Positions 19,754 through 30,000 are shown, counted from the first letter of the stretch. The stretch: 33,776 bases of DNA from an uncultured Heliomicrobium sp. (GCA_964383955.1 CAYLJQ010000002.1:1-33776); one strand, 5' to 3'. The notes: generated from the letters alone by a model not told the origin. Translations and numbers: made by a program.

Positions 19754-20629
19754 ATGTCTGACTTGACCCGCAGAGACTGGAGCAAGCTCGCGCTTGGCTC
19801 ACTTGCCGCCGCCGCTTTGCCGTTTGAAACGTTCGCCGCGCAAAAACCCAATTCAAAAGTAAAAGGCGTGCAGCTTGGCGCGCAAAGTTACAGCTTCCGC
19901 GACCGTTCGCTGGACGAAGCCATCAAAGCCTACATTGACACCGGCCTGAACTGTTGCGAGTTGTGGTCTGGCCATCTGGAACCCAAGGGATTGGACCGCG
20001 CCGGGATTCGCACCTGGCGGCTGACTACGCCGCTTAGCTTTTTCACGCTGGCAGGCGAGAAATTCAAAAAGGCCGGCATTGACCTGTACGCGCTGAATTA
20101 CAGCTTCAAGGACGATTTCACAGACGAAGAAATCAAACGCGGCTTTGAGATGACCAAAGCCATCGGCGCGAAGTGCATTACAGCATCCGCCAACGTCAAT
20201 ACCGCCAAACGAATTGATGTTTACGCCAAGCAATACAAGATTCGCGTCGGCATGCACAATCATTCCAACATTCGCCCCAATGAATTTGCCACGCCTGACG
20301 ATTTCGCTAAAGCCATGGAAGGCAATTCCGAATACATCTGCATGAATCTGGACATCGGCCATTTCACTGCCGCGGGCTTTGACGCGGTGGATTATCTGAA
20401 AAAACATCACGACCGCATCGTCACGCTGCACATCAAAGACCGCAAAAAGAATCAGGGCGACAACGTCGTGTTTGGCCAGGGAGACACGCCGATCAAAGAA
20501 GTTTTGACGACGCTGCAAAGAGGCGGATGGAAAATTCCCGCCAACATCGAATACGAATACAAAGGCGCGGACACCGTCGCCGAAGTGAAAGCCTGTTACG
20601 ACTATTGCCGAAAAGCACTCGGTGCCTAA
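19754..20629 (+). CDS. Tat-exported sugar phosphate isomerase/epimerase (xylose-isomerase-like TIM barrel) family protein
   Basis: 291 aa. AGGAG RBS. Twin-arginine signal (MSDLTRRDWSKLALGSLAAAALPFETFAA). Body resembles AP-endonuclease-2 / xylose-isomerase-like TIM-barrel proteins (GMHNHS..., LDIGH, HIKD). Confidence 0.75.
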   Translation: MSDLTRRDWSKLALGSLAAAALPFETFAAQKPNSKVKGVQLGAQSYSFRDRSLDEAIKAYIDTGLNCCELWSGHLEPKGLDRAGIRTWRLTTPLSFFTLAGEKFKKAGIDLYALNYSFKDDFTDEEIKRGFEMTKAIGAKCITASANVNTAKRIDVYAKQYKIRVGMHNHSNIRPNEFATPDDFAKAMEGNSEYICMNLDIGHFTAAGFDAVDYLKKHHDRIVTLHIKDRKKNQGDNVVFGQGDTPIKEVLTTLQRGGWKIPANIEYEYKGADTVAEVKACYDYCRKALGA

Positions 20630-20646
20630 GGAATTGAAACGTTTCC

Positions 20647-20716
20647 AACCACAAAAAGCACAGAAAACACAAAAAGGCAGGTGGTTTATTTTGTGCCTTT
20701 TGAGCTTTTTGTGGTT
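20647..20716. repeat. Imperfect palindromic A/C-rich element, probable terminator after the isomerase gene
   Basis: AACCACAAAAAGCACAGAAAACACAAAAAGGCA (20647-20679) pairs with TGCCTTTTGAGCTTTTTGTGGTT (20694-20716), with a bulge. It translates into the spurious KAQK / [12 protein letters not shown] 20622..20807. Confidence 0.6.
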
Positions 20717-20745
20717 CCTGTATCAGTGTGACGGAGACCTGCCCT

Positions 20746-23121
20746 ATGAAGCCCACAAAATTCATTTCTATCCTTGCTTTAGCGTTTCTCTCCGCCATAT
20801 CACTTGACCGTTCACACGTTACCGGGCAATCAAGAAGCGATCTGGCTGCCAAAGCCAGCAGCGTGCTTTCGCAAACTTCCGGCACGCAAAAATTGTCCGG
20901 CTTGCAAAAACCCGTGCGTGTGCTGCGCGACGAATGGGGTATCGCGCACATTTACGCCGAATCGCAGGACGATCTGTTTTTCGCGCAAGGTTTCGTCGCC
21001 GCGCAGGATCGGCTATGGCAAATGGATTTGTGGCGTCGCCAGGGCGAAGGCAAGTTGGCGGAAATCCTTGGGCCAAGCGCAATCGAACGCGACAAATTCG
21101 CGCGGCTGGTTCGTTATCGCGGCGACATGAAAGCTGAATATGAATCGTACGCGTCTGACGCCAAGCCGATAATCGAAGCCTTTGTTCGCGGCGTGAATGC
21201 GCAAATCGAACTGGTCAAAACATCCGGCAAACTGCCGATTGAATTTCAGCTTTCCGGTTACGAGCCTGAACCGTGGACGCCCGAAGTTTGCCTAACACGA
21301 ATGGCCGGATACGTGATGACGCGCAACGCTTCGACGGAAATTCAACGCGCTGTGCTGGCGCGCGAATTCGGCAAAGAGTTCGTGGATGAATGGATGGAAA
21401 CGGAGCCGAACCGGAAGCTGGAAATCCCAGAAGGCTTGGACCTGGCTGGCATTGATCCCAAAATCCTGGCAGCAGCCAACGCTGCCGGTGGAGCCGTCAC
21501 TTTCAACCCCAGCGACGGCAGCAACAACTGGGTGATTGACGGAACAATGAGCGCAACCGGCAAACCGCTGCTGGCGAACGATCCGCACCGCACGATTGCG
21601 TTGCCGAGTTTGCGGTATCTGGTTCACCTGAACGCTCCTGGCTGGAACGTGATCGGCGCTGGCGAACCTTCGCTGCCCGGAGTCGCCGCCGGTCACAACG
21701 AACGTGTCGGTTTCGGTTTCACCATCGTTGGCATTGACCAACAGGATTTGTATGTCGAAGAAACCAACCCCGCCAATCCGAACGAATATCGCTGGCAAGG
21801 CAAATGGCAGCCGATGCGTGTCGAACGCGAACAACTCAAAGTCAAAGGCGAAGCCACGCCGCGCGAAATCGAATTGAAGTTCACAAACCACGGCCCGGTG
21901 ATTTACGAAGACAAGGAACGCCGCCGCGCTTACGCTCTGAAATGGGTTGGCAGCGAACCCGGCACGGCAGGTTATCTGGCTTCGTTGTCACTGAACCGTG
22001 CAAAAAATTGGCCGGAGTTTTTGAAGGCGCTGGAGCGCTGGAAAGTGCCTTCGGAAAATTTGGTTTATGCAGACGTTGATGGAAACATCGGTTGGGCCGC
22101 CGCCGGAATGACGCCGATTCGCAAAGGCTGGTCAGGTTTGCTGCCTGTGCCGGGAAATGGAAAGTATGAATGGCAGGGCTTTTTGCCGCTCAAGGATTTG
22201 CCGCAAACGTACAACCCGTCCAGGCATTTTATCGCGACCGCCAATCACAACATTTTGCCGCCGGGATACGACAAAGAGCTTGGGTACGAATGGTCAAATC
22301 CGACGCGCTTTCTGCGCATCGCGCAAGTGCTGGGCGCAGCAAAGGAGAAATTGACAGTTGATGATTTTCAGAAGCTTCAACACGAGGAAGTTTCGCTGAA
22401 TGCTCGTGCTTTGATCGCAACGCTTGGCGAAGCCAAAAACGCGCCTGCAGAATTGAAGCCGTTTATTGAACTACTGACCAAGTGGGATTGGCGGCTCAGC
22501 AAAGATTCCGCAGCAGCCGTGTTGTATGAAATCTGGTTGCCAAAACTCGCTCCGGCGATTTTCAAATCACACGTGCCTGAAGCGGCTTGGCGAGCGGTTG
22601 GCAGTCGCATTCAACCCGGCAAGGTGATCACAGCGCTCGCCATTGCTTCACCGCAATGGTTTGGCAAAGAGCCTGTCGCCAATCGTGACGCATTGATCTG
22701 GAAAACATTGGCTGAAGCCGTTGCCGACACAAAAAAACGGCTTGGCGATGACCCGGCGAAATGGCGTTGGGGAACGCTTCACGTTGCGCCGTTCAACCAT
22801 TCGCTGGCGACCGACGCTGACCGACGCTCGTTGCTCAATCTGCCTGCGCCAGAACGTGGCGGCGACGGCAATACCGTCAACAGCACCAGCGGCGCGGGTT
22901 TTCGCCAAACTCACGGCGCATCGTTTCGCGAAATTCTGGATGTGGCGGACTGGGATCGTTCCGTAGGAACCAACGTGCCGGGTCAGTCGGCACAACCAGG
23001 CAGCAAACATTACGGCGATCTGTTGTCGCTGTGGGCGGAAGGAAAATACTTTCCTCTGCTATACAGTAAAGCGAAAGTCGAAGCGATGGCGAAAGACCGG
23101 CTGACGCTGGAACCGAAGTAG
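20746..23121 (+). CDS. Penicillin acylase family protein (Ntn-hydrolase, peptidase S45; penicillin/cephalosporin/AHL-acylase-like)
   Basis: I prefer ATG 20746 ([20 protein letters not shown] signal peptide). Motifs: [27 protein letters not shown]. The self-processing nucleophile context [10 protein letters not shown] is followed by LLANDPHR. About 790 aa, typical for the family. Confidence 0.88.
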   Translation: MKPTKFISILALAFLSAISLDRSHVTGQSRSDLAAKASSVLSQTSGTQKLSGLQKPVRVLRDEWGIAHIYAESQDDLFFAQGFVAAQDRLWQMDLWRRQGEGKLAEILGPSAIERDKFARLVRYRGDMKAEYESYASDAKPIIEAFVRGVNAQIELVKTSGKLPIEFQLSGYEPEPWTPEVCLTRMAGYVMTRNASTEIQRAVLAREFGKEFVDEWMETEPNRKLEIPEGLDLAGIDPKILAAANAAGGAVTFNPSDGSNNWVIDGTMSATGKPLLANDPHRTIALPSLRYLVHLNAPGWNVIGAGEPSLPGVAAGHNERVGFGFTIVGIDQQDLYVEETNPANPNEYRWQGKWQPMRVEREQLKVKGEATPREIELKFTNHGPVIYEDKERRRAYALKWVGSEPGTAGYLASLSLNRAKNWPEFLKALERWKVPSENLVYADVDGNIGWAAAGMTPIRKGWSGLLPVPGNGKYEWQGFLPLKDLPQTYNPSRHFIATANHNILPPGYDKELGYEWSNPTRFLRIAQVLGAAKEKLTVDDFQKLQHEEVSLNARALIATLGEAKNAPAELKPFIELLTKWDWRLSKDSAAAVLYEIWLPKLAPAIFKSHVPEAAWRAVGSRIQPGKVITALAIASPQWFGKEPVANRDALIWKTLAEAVADTKKRLGDDPAKWRWGTLHVAPFNHSLATDADRRSLLNLPAPERGGDGNTVNSTSGAGFRQTHGASFREILDVADWDRSVGTNVPGQSAQPGSKHYGDLLSLWAEGKYFPLLYSKAKVEAMAKDRLTLEPK

Positions 23122-23198
23122 TGAGTTGGTAATCCGCCTTCAGGCGGAAAGGCTTAGCGATACGGATATCCCGGCTAAAGCCGGGACTACGAACTCAC
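23121..23198. repeat. Palindromic element between convergent acylase and kinase genes (probable bidirectional terminator)
   Basis: Terminal inverted repeat GTGAGTTGGTA (23121-23131) / TACGAACTCAC (23188-23198), 10/11 matches. Two internal hairpins: CCGCC-TTCA-GGCGG (23134-23147) and CCCGGC-TAAA-GCCGGG (23170-23185). Confidence 0.7.
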
Positions 23199-23210
23199 TT
23201 TATTGAATCA

Positions 23211-25427
23211 CTACCGAAAATTTTCCATCAGCATGATTTCGTCGTAGGGGTTTTCCAAATGCGCGTAAAGCAGGCGGCGGCCATCGGCTGACAGGGCCAG
23301 CCCAGGCATCCACCAAAGTGGCGCGTCCGTGACCGTGAACAGCGCTGTGGTGCGGCGCGTGTCAAAACTGAAAAACTGGATTGCCCATTCTGATTCGTCC
23401 TTTTTGAGGGGAAAACAAACTCCTTCCTTGACCAGCGCCCACGACCGCCAATACCCCGCCTCCTTCAATTCCGGAACCAGTGTTTCTTCCCCGCCATTGA
23501 CCGGTACGGAATAAATACCGCGAATGCCACGGTCTTTGGAGTAGTAGAACCGCTTGCCGTCCGGCGACTCGAAGCCTTCGAAACCGCCGCTAAAGGTGAT
23601 TTGCCGGGCCTGACCACCGGCAACGGGCATTCTATAAAGCTGGTTACTGCCGGTGCGATTCGATCTGAAATAAACCCATTGCCCGTCGCGCGACCAGGCG
23701 GGCAGATTTTCCGACGACTTATCGGGGGTCAGCCTGCGCGGGGGGCTGTCCCCCGACGCGCTGATCACATAAATATTTCCATCCCCCTCGTCATACGAAT
23801 CAAAGGCAATCCACTGGCCGTCGTAAGACCAGCGCGGTGAACCCGCCGAACCGTCTCGTGTCAGCAGGCGCGCGGCGGTTTTCCCTTCGGCATCACACAT
23901 CCAAAGCCCCTGCCGGCCACTGCGATCCGAAGCAAAAACAATCGTTTCCCCATCCGGCGAAAAGATCGGACTCTGGTCGTCGTAAAGCGAATTCACCGGC
24001 AGTTTGACGGGTGCGCCAAATTTGTCCGGCACCTCGCGGCCCGCAAAGCCCGCGCCCCGATACAGCGACAGGTTTACATCATTGGCATATTCCGTGAAAA
24101 CCAGCTTGCCGCCCTGCCGCGAGATGTCCGGGGTGATTGGATTGCGAGCATTGACGGCCACCCGCGCAGGTGTCCAGCCTTGCACCGAAACGCGCCACAG
24201 CCCGCGTGTGCCCTGGCGCGTGGCGCTAAAGACGATTTCGCGGCTGTCACTGGTCCAGGCCAGACCGGAAATGGCAGTCCGCTCAAAAGTTAATTGTTGC
24301 GGCGTGCCTCCGCTGGCGGGCACGATACAGATGTCCACCTGGTTTTCGCCAAAGTCGCGAAAAAAGGCCACTAGCTTTCCATCCGGTGAAAATTCCGGGA
24401 AATGATCCGCCAGGGACGGCTCCGGTGTGGTCAAGCGGGTGCGCTGGCCTGTTTCCGGATTCACCAGCACGATGCATTGGCCTTCCGCCGACCCAGGGCG
24501 ACCGCTCACCGCCAGCGTTTTGCCATCCGGCGACCAGGACGCCGTCGTGAAGGTTTCCGCCAGCTTTTGCTCCGGCCCGCCACTGGCGGGCACGCGCATC
24601 ACTTCGCCCTTGCCAGATCGTCCGCGCACGAAAGTCACGTATTTGCCGTCCGGCGTCCAGGAGGGGAAATTGTCATTTTCGGGCGCCGTCGTCAGCCGCA
24701 GGGGCGGTTCGTCCGTGCCAATCATCTTGACGTAAATATCGGCGGGGCCGGCCTCCTCGACACGGCCTCCATCCCAGGCAAAGGCAATGCGGCTTTCATC
24801 AGGAGAAATCGCGGCGTGGTCCTTCCGGCCCGCCTGGCCGACCAATGGCACAAACCGCGGTTCGCCCGCCGGTCTTTTCTCCACGCCATTGCGCGCCGCC
24901 AGCCAGCGATAACCGGCAAATCCCAACCCACTTGCCAGCACCAGCGCAAGGGCCAACCCTGTCAGAGAGTGGGCCCGCCACAAGGGCTGTCTGGCGACAG
25001 ATTGCGCGACTGCTTCCAGCGAGCCCGGCTTGTCAGTTTCCTGGCGCTCGCCCGGTACCTTGTTGTCACGCGCCGTCTCAGACCGCCGCGCAGGCTGAGC
25101 ATTGCTGCTGTCGGGCGCGGTCAAATCCAATTGCGCCAGCGCCTCCATACGCGCACGCACGCTCTGGTAACGCTGGTCACGCTCTTTGACCAGCAGCCGG
25201 CTGATGAGTTCCTGCAAAGTGCCGGTCGCCTCGTCAACAAACTGCCGCAGCGGCGGCGGTTCCTTGTCCAGCAGCGCGGCGAAGACTTCGGCAGTGGAAG
25301 AGCCCGCAAAAGCCGGTTCCCCTGTCAACATTTCGTAAAACACTACCCCCAGACTGAACACATCCGTCCGCGCATCCAGCTTCAGCCCGCGCGCCTGCTC
25401 CGGCGACATGTAACGCGGTGTGCCCAT
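23211..25427 (-). CDS. C-terminal fragment of a Ser/Thr kinase: kinase C-lobe, TM helix, TolB-like PD40 beta-propeller
   Basis: Starts exactly at the P+1/APE segment (MGTPRYMSPEQ ... DVFSLGVVFYEMLTGEPAF). TM helix LTGLALALVLASGLGFAGY. Many PD40-type repeats follow (SPDGK.IAF, WSPDGKTLA, FSPDGETIVF, WSRDGQWVYF). Confidence 0.85.
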   Translation of the reverse strand: MGTPRYMSPEQARGLKLDARTDVFSLGVVFYEMLTGEPAFAGSSTAEVFAALLDKEPPPLRQFVDEATGTLQELISRLLVKERDQRYQSVRARMEALAQLDLTAPDSSNAQPARRSETARDNKVPGERQETDKPGSLEAVAQSVARQPLWRAHSLTGLALALVLASGLGFAGYRWLAARNGVEKRPAGEPRFVPLVGQAGRKDHAAISPDESRIAFAWDGGRVEEAGPADIYVKMIGTDEPPLRLTTAPENDNFPSWTPDGKYVTFVRGRSGKGEVMRVPASGGPEQKLAETFTTASWSPDGKTLAVSGRPGSAEGQCIVLVNPETGQRTRLTTPEPSLADHFPEFSPDGKLVAFFRDFGENQVDICIVPASGGTPQQLTFERTAISGLAWTSDSREIVFSATRQGTRGLWRVSVQGWTPARVAVNARNPITPDISRQGGKLVFTEYANDVNLSLYRGAGFAGREVPDKFGAPVKLPVNSLYDDQSPIFSPDGETIVFASDRSGRQGLWMCDAEGKTAARLLTRDGSAGSPRWSYDGQWIAFDSYDEGDGNIYVISASGDSPPRRLTPDKSSENLPAWSRDGQWVYFRSNRTGSNQLYRMPVAGGQARQITFSGGFEGFESPDGKRFYYSKDRGIRGIYSVPVNGGEETLVPELKEAGYWRSWALVKEGVCFPLKKDESEWAIQFFSFDTRRTTALFTVTDAPLWWMPGLALSADGRRLLYAHLENPYDEIMLMENFR

Positions 25428-25444
25428 TACTGCGCCCGCCCCGG

Positions 25445-26260
25445 TCAGGGAAAGAGGGGCGGAGAGATGGAGAGATGGAGGGACGGAGGGACGGAGGGAG
25501 GATCAACGCTCGCCCTGACTCTCAGTCCCGCCAGCCCTCCGTCTCTCCCTCCTTCCATCGGCTTCGCCAGCCCGAAATCCAGCACTTTGACCAGGCCGTC
25601 CGGGCGCAGCATCACATTTTCTGGTTTGATGTCGCGGTGCAGAATGCCTGCTTCGTGCGCCTTGTCGAGCGCAGCGGCAATCTGTCTGACGATGGACAGG
25701 GCCTCGTGCATGGGCAGCCGCCCGCCGGTGAGCCGTTGGCGCAAGGTCACGCCTTCGATAAATTCCATGACGATGTAATGCAACCTGCCACCGGCCATCT
25801 CCGCCTGACCGAAATCGTAAATCGTCAGAATGTTCGGATGATTGAGCGCGCTGGCGGCTTGTGCTTCCCGCTCGAAGCGGCGCAGGCGCGCAGCGTCCTG
25901 CGTGAAAGCCGCGGGCAGCAGCTTGAGCGCGACTTTGCGATGCAACCGCGTATCTTCGGCCAGATACACTTCGCCCATGCCGCCTGTGCCCAGCAGAGAA
26001 AGAATTTGATAATGACTGATGCGTTGGCCGCCGGTGATGGCATGCAGCGGTGGCGTCAGCAACTGCGCTGCGACATTCAGCGCAGGCGCGGCCAAAAAGC
26101 TGTCTGACTGCGCATCGTGCGCCAGCAGCGATTCAACTTCGCGCCGCAATTCGCCGTCGCCCGCGCAGGCTTGATCCAGAAAGGCGGCGCGCTGACTCGG
26201 CGTCAATTCGATTGCGGCTTGGTGCAACCGGGTGATTTGTTGATAGCGTTCGGGTGTCAT
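25445..26260 (-). CDS. N-terminal fragment of the same Ser/Thr kinase (regulatory leader plus N-lobe through DFG), ending in repeat-encoded P/S/L-rich tail
   Basis: I prefer ATG 26260 (MTPERYQQITRLHQAAIEL...), 16 nt after the sigma-factor stop. Motifs GTGGMGEVY, VALKLL, HRDIKPEN, DFGLAK (DFG at 25571-25579). Reading then runs into the repeat element and stops at TGA 25445-25447. Confidence 0.85.
   Translation of the reverse strand: MTPERYQQITRLHQAAIELTPSQRAAFLDQACAGDGELRREVESLLAHDAQSDSFLAAPALNVAAQLLTPPLHAITGGQRISHYQILSLLGTGGMGEVYLAEDTRLHRKVALKLLPAAFTQDAARLRRFEREAQAASALNHPNILTIYDFGQAEMAGGRLHYIVMEFIEGVTLRQRLTGGRLPMHEALSIVRQIAAALDKAHEAGILHRDIKPENVMLRPDGLVKVLDFGLAKPMEGGRDGGLAGLRVRASVDPPSVPPSLHLSISPPLFP
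25461..25561. repeat. 101-nt palindromic 8-mer-repeat element interrupting the kinase activation-loop coding region
   Basis: The plus strand carries five tandem 8-mers: GGAGAGAT x2, GGAGGGAC x2, GGAGGGAG (25461-25500). After a ~34-nt spacer comes an inverted, related pyrimidine arm CCCTCCGTCTCTCCCTCCTTCCATC (25535-25559). Confidence 0.75.
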
Positions 26261-26276
26261 TTGGAGAGTAAACGGT

Positions 26277-26849
26277 TTATGAGGATAGTTCGCGGTGTAG
26301 CCAGGCGCGTGCCGTGCGCCAGTCTCGCATGACAGTGCCGGGCGAAACACCCAAGACTTCGGCAGTTTCCTCCACGCTCAAACCGCCGAAAAAACGCAAC
26401 TCAATGATCTGGCTTTGCCGGGCGTCCAGTTGCGCCAGGGTCGTCAGGGCATCATCCAGGGCGACCAAATCCAGCGGACGTTCGACCGGCGTAGCCTGCG
26501 CCCCGGTGAGCGAAACAAAAATGGCGTCGCCGCCGCCGCGTTTCTGACTGTCGCGGGCGCGGGCGAAATCCACCAGAATCTGACGCATCAATCGCGCCGA
26601 CACACCGAAGAAATGGGCACGGTTTTGCCAGTCCACCGCTTGCGCGTCGGCCAGCCGCAAAAAGGCCTCGTTGACCAGCGCAGAGGTTTGCAACACAACT
26701 TCGCCCGCTTGTTCGCGCGCCAGATGCCGCCGCGCCAACTGATGCAGTTCCTGGTACACCAGCGGGGTCAACCGTTCGAGCGCCGACGCATCGCCAGCGC
26801 GCCAGGCCTGTAACAAGCGTGTGATTTCCTGGGGAGCCAGTTTTTCCAT
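26277..26849 (-). CDS. ECF-type RNA polymerase sigma factor, TIGR02999-like (kinase-associated ECF group)
   Basis: 190 aa. Characteristic N-terminus ITRLLQAWRAGDASALERLTPLVYQELHQLARRHLARE. Region 2 motif ALVNEAFLRL, then WQNRAHFFGVSARLMRQILVDFARAR. Region 4 motif IELRFFGGLSVEETAEVLGVSPGTVMRDWRTARAWL. Confidence 0.9.
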   Translation of the reverse strand: MEKLAPQEITRLLQAWRAGDASALERLTPLVYQELHQLARRHLAREQAGEVVLQTSALVNEAFLRLADAQAVDWQNRAHFFGVSARLMRQILVDFARARDSQKRGGGDAIFVSLTGAQATPVERPLDLVALDDALTTLAQLDARQSQIIELRFFGGLSVEETAEVLGVSPGTVMRDWRTARAWLHRELSS

Positions 26850-27076
26850 GAGTGTTGTTTGCCGTCGCTGGATAGGACACGGGTACTATACCAGCGAACG
26901 CCCGGTTCCGCAGCGCTTCCAGCGGCCCACAGGATGGAGTCAGCACATGACCGAAAAAAATTCCAAAGCCGTTGTAGTTCCCGCCCAATTTTTCCGCATA
27001 TCTGTAGTAGGGGAGAAAAAACGGCGTCATGCCATGTCAGGTCTCCCTTGATTCCCATCGCCAAGGAAGCGTGCTT

Positions 27077-30000
27077 ATGCCCAAAAATATCGTGGTCCAA
27101 TTCAGGTTTGCCAGTTTACGTCACCGGAAATCGTCTTTGCTTGTTTTGCTGGTGCTGGGTGTGCTGGCGTCGTCAGCCCTCGCCGGTCTTGGCTTGCGCG
27201 GGCCATCCGCATTTTCGTCCGCCAGAGCGGCAAGTAAAAGACTATTAAAGGCGCTGGTCCCTGCGGCGACTCCACGCGCAGCGTTAGCGACGGTCAGTGA
27301 AGTGGAACCGAATAATACGACGGCACAGGCTGACGGCGCCCCGGTACAACTCACCGGCGCAACGGACGTGACGGGTTCAATTGGTACAGTTGGGGATATG
27401 GATGTCTTCAAACTCAGCCTGTCACAAGGCAGAGTGATTGCTTTTGAAGTCTTTGATGCCACTGGCACGGATTGCCTGACCATCGCCACCACGCTGCGAA
27501 TTTTGGATGGCGGCGGGGTCACGATTGCATCCGCCAACTCAGGTTCGGGCATCAACGCCTGTTCGGCACTGACGTGGATGCTGAATGCCGGAACTTATTA
27601 CGTTCGAGTGGAACAAAGCACGAATTCCGCGACGATCCCGGCCTACTTGCTTCGCGTCAAGTTTTTGACCGATCTGGGCAGCGAGGTAGAACCGAACGAT
27701 ACATCCGCCACCGCCACGGCCTTTAACAGTTCCGATGCCTATATTTTTGGCAACCACCAAACCGTTACTGACACTGATTACTATGCTTTGACTGTAGCCG
27801 ATGGCACTTCGCTGAAACTCGAACTCATCGAAGGCGATCAGGCGGTTGAAACCTGCGAAAGCAATGGAGTGGATTCGATCCTGACCCTTTTCGATGCCAA
27901 CGGCACGGCGCTGGGAACCGATAACGATGGCGGGCGGGGTGCCTGCTCGCAAATTGACGGACGCGGGGCGACGCCTACCAACAGTTTTGCCCACAATCTG
28001 GCGGCGGGAACGTATTCCATCCGGGTGACCTCGCCGACCCCCGCGCAAGCACCGGAAAATCAATTCATTTATCGTCTGGTCGTGCAAACGCTGGTCATTC
28101 CGCCGCTCAGCTTGCTGGTGGATAACACCAGCGACGATGGAAGCAAAACAGCTTGCGATTCCAATGTGGCGAACGATTGTTCCTTGCGCGGGGCGCTCGC
28201 CCGCGCCAACGGCTCGGCGGGTAACGACACGATTAGTTTTGATCCGACCATCTTTGCTTCCGCCCAGACCATCTCCCTCACCAACGGCGAACTGGTTGTT
28301 GCCAACAATGGAAGGCTCACCATTAACGGACCGGGTGCGAACCTGCTGACCGTGCAGCGCAGCACGGCGCAGGGCACGCCGAACTTCCGCCTCTTCACAA
28401 TCAACGCCAACACAGAAGTCAACCTCAACGGCCTGACGATCACGGGTGGGCGGACTGTGGACGGGCCGAATGGAGACGCCGCAACCCGAGGGGGCAACGG
28501 CGACAACGGCGGCGGGATTCATAATTCCGGGAGCTTGGCGCTGAGCAACGTTATCGTTACCGGCAACCGCACTGGCATTGGCGGCCAGAGTTCCCGCGCA
28601 GGCGGCAACGGCGGCGATGGCGGCGGGATTTACAACAGCGGCACGCTGACCGTCAGCAACAGCGCCCTGCTAAACAATGTCACCGGCAATGGCCGCGATT
28701 TCGGCGGCAACAGCGGCAGAGGTGGCGGGATTTACAACAGCGGTGCGTTAACTGTCAGCAACAGCACGTTCGAGGGCAATAGGACCGGCAATGGCGGCGA
28801 CAATGGCGGCGCGGGCGGCGACGGTGCAGGGATTTACAACGCTGGCACGCTGAGCGCTGCCAACAGCACATTCCAGGGCAATTTCACCGGGAATGGCCAG
28901 GGCCAAAACAGCAGCATGAGCAGCAACGGCGGCAGCGGCGGGGGAATTTACAACGCCAACACACTGAGCCTGACCAATTGCACCCTGAGCGCCAATTCCA
29001 CTGGGAGTGCCGGAAATGTAATCCCCGGTTTTGGCGCGGCTGGCAATGGGGGCGGCATCTTCAATGGCAATAACGCAAGTAGCAGCACAATCAGGAACAC
29101 CATCGTTGCCCTCAACACGACTGCCGGTACGGGCCCCGACCTTTCCGGCGGCTTCACTTCGCTCGGCTACAATCTGATTGGCGATAATTCCGGCGCGACG
29201 CTCACCCCGACCTTGGGCAATAAGATCGGCACCAGCGCCAGTCCAATTGATCCCAGGCTCGGCGCGCTCGCCAGTCACGGCGGCCCGACGCAAATCCTGC
29301 GGCTCTTGTTTGGTTCTCCCGCCATTGATGCGGGCGACGATTGCGTAGCGGATGCGGCGCATTGCGGTGACGCGAATCTCGCGCAACTCACCACCGATCA
29401 ACGCGGCGCAGGCTTCCCGCGCAAATTCGGCGCGCAGGTAGACATCGGCGCGGTCGAGGCGGACTACACGCTCGTGGCCACGGGCGGCACGCCTCAATCC
29501 ACCATCATCAACAGCAACTTCAGTACTCCCTTACAGGCCACCCTGACCGGCTTTGGGGGTTCGGTTGCCGGCGAGACCATCAGTTTCACCGTGCAGCCCG
29601 CCGGCAATGGCGCCAGCATCGCCCCCTCAACCACTATAAATGTCACCACGAACGGTTTAGGACAGGCGAATGTGACCGTGGCGGCGAATACGATTGCCGG
29701 TGGCCCGTATCTGGTAGCGGCCAGCATTGGCAACCTGAGCGATACCTTCACGCTGACCAATACCTGCCCCGGCTTTGCGATGAGTCTGCCCACCGCGACA
29801 GGCACGTTGGGCCAGACTTATCACAGTTCCGTCGTCGCCACGCCGTCGGTGAGCGCACCGTTGAGCTACCATTATGCGCTGGCAAACAACACGGCGCTGC
29901 CCGCCGGGTTGACGCTGGACGCCAACACTGGCGCCGTCAGCGGCACGCTGAATACGCCGGGCAACGTCAGCTTCGACATCCAGGCGCAGTTGTTCAACAG

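Larger units (their letters stand above)
23211..26260 (-). pseudogene. Ser/Thr protein kinase with TM and PD40 propeller, disrupted (frameshift plus stop) between DFG and APE motifs
   Basis: The two adjacent ORFs are consecutive parts of one kinase domain in different frames. In-silico removal of 25461-25561 gives DFGLAK-APLSLTGAGAVMGTPRYMSPEQ in frame. This may instead be a sequencing or assembly error, or a switchable repeat. Confidence 0.55.

Noticed and set aside
25461-25500. Tandem 8-mer repeats considered as a CRISPR or other array
   Set aside because: The units are 8 nt with no spacers and only five copies. They sit inside a kinase coding region and have an inverted partner arm. This is a simple-sequence palindromic element, not a CRISPR array.
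24402-25778. 458-aa plus-strand ORF overlapping the kinase/propeller gene. Similar antisense ORFs: 1554..2687, 2612..3616, 6539..7489, 16397..17230, 19853..20518, 21292..21891
   Set aside because: All are antisense to genes with strong family signatures. They are Arg-rich with no recognisable motifs, so I consider them non-coding.
26850-27076. Specific sigma-70/ECF promoters in the divergent sigma/giant-gene region (TGGTATAGT on the minus strand at 26884-26892; TTGTAG-N18-GCATAT on the plus strand)
   Set aside because: The motifs are plausible but not distinctive enough to call as features without a genome-wide motif or transcript data. I mention them only as context in a finding.
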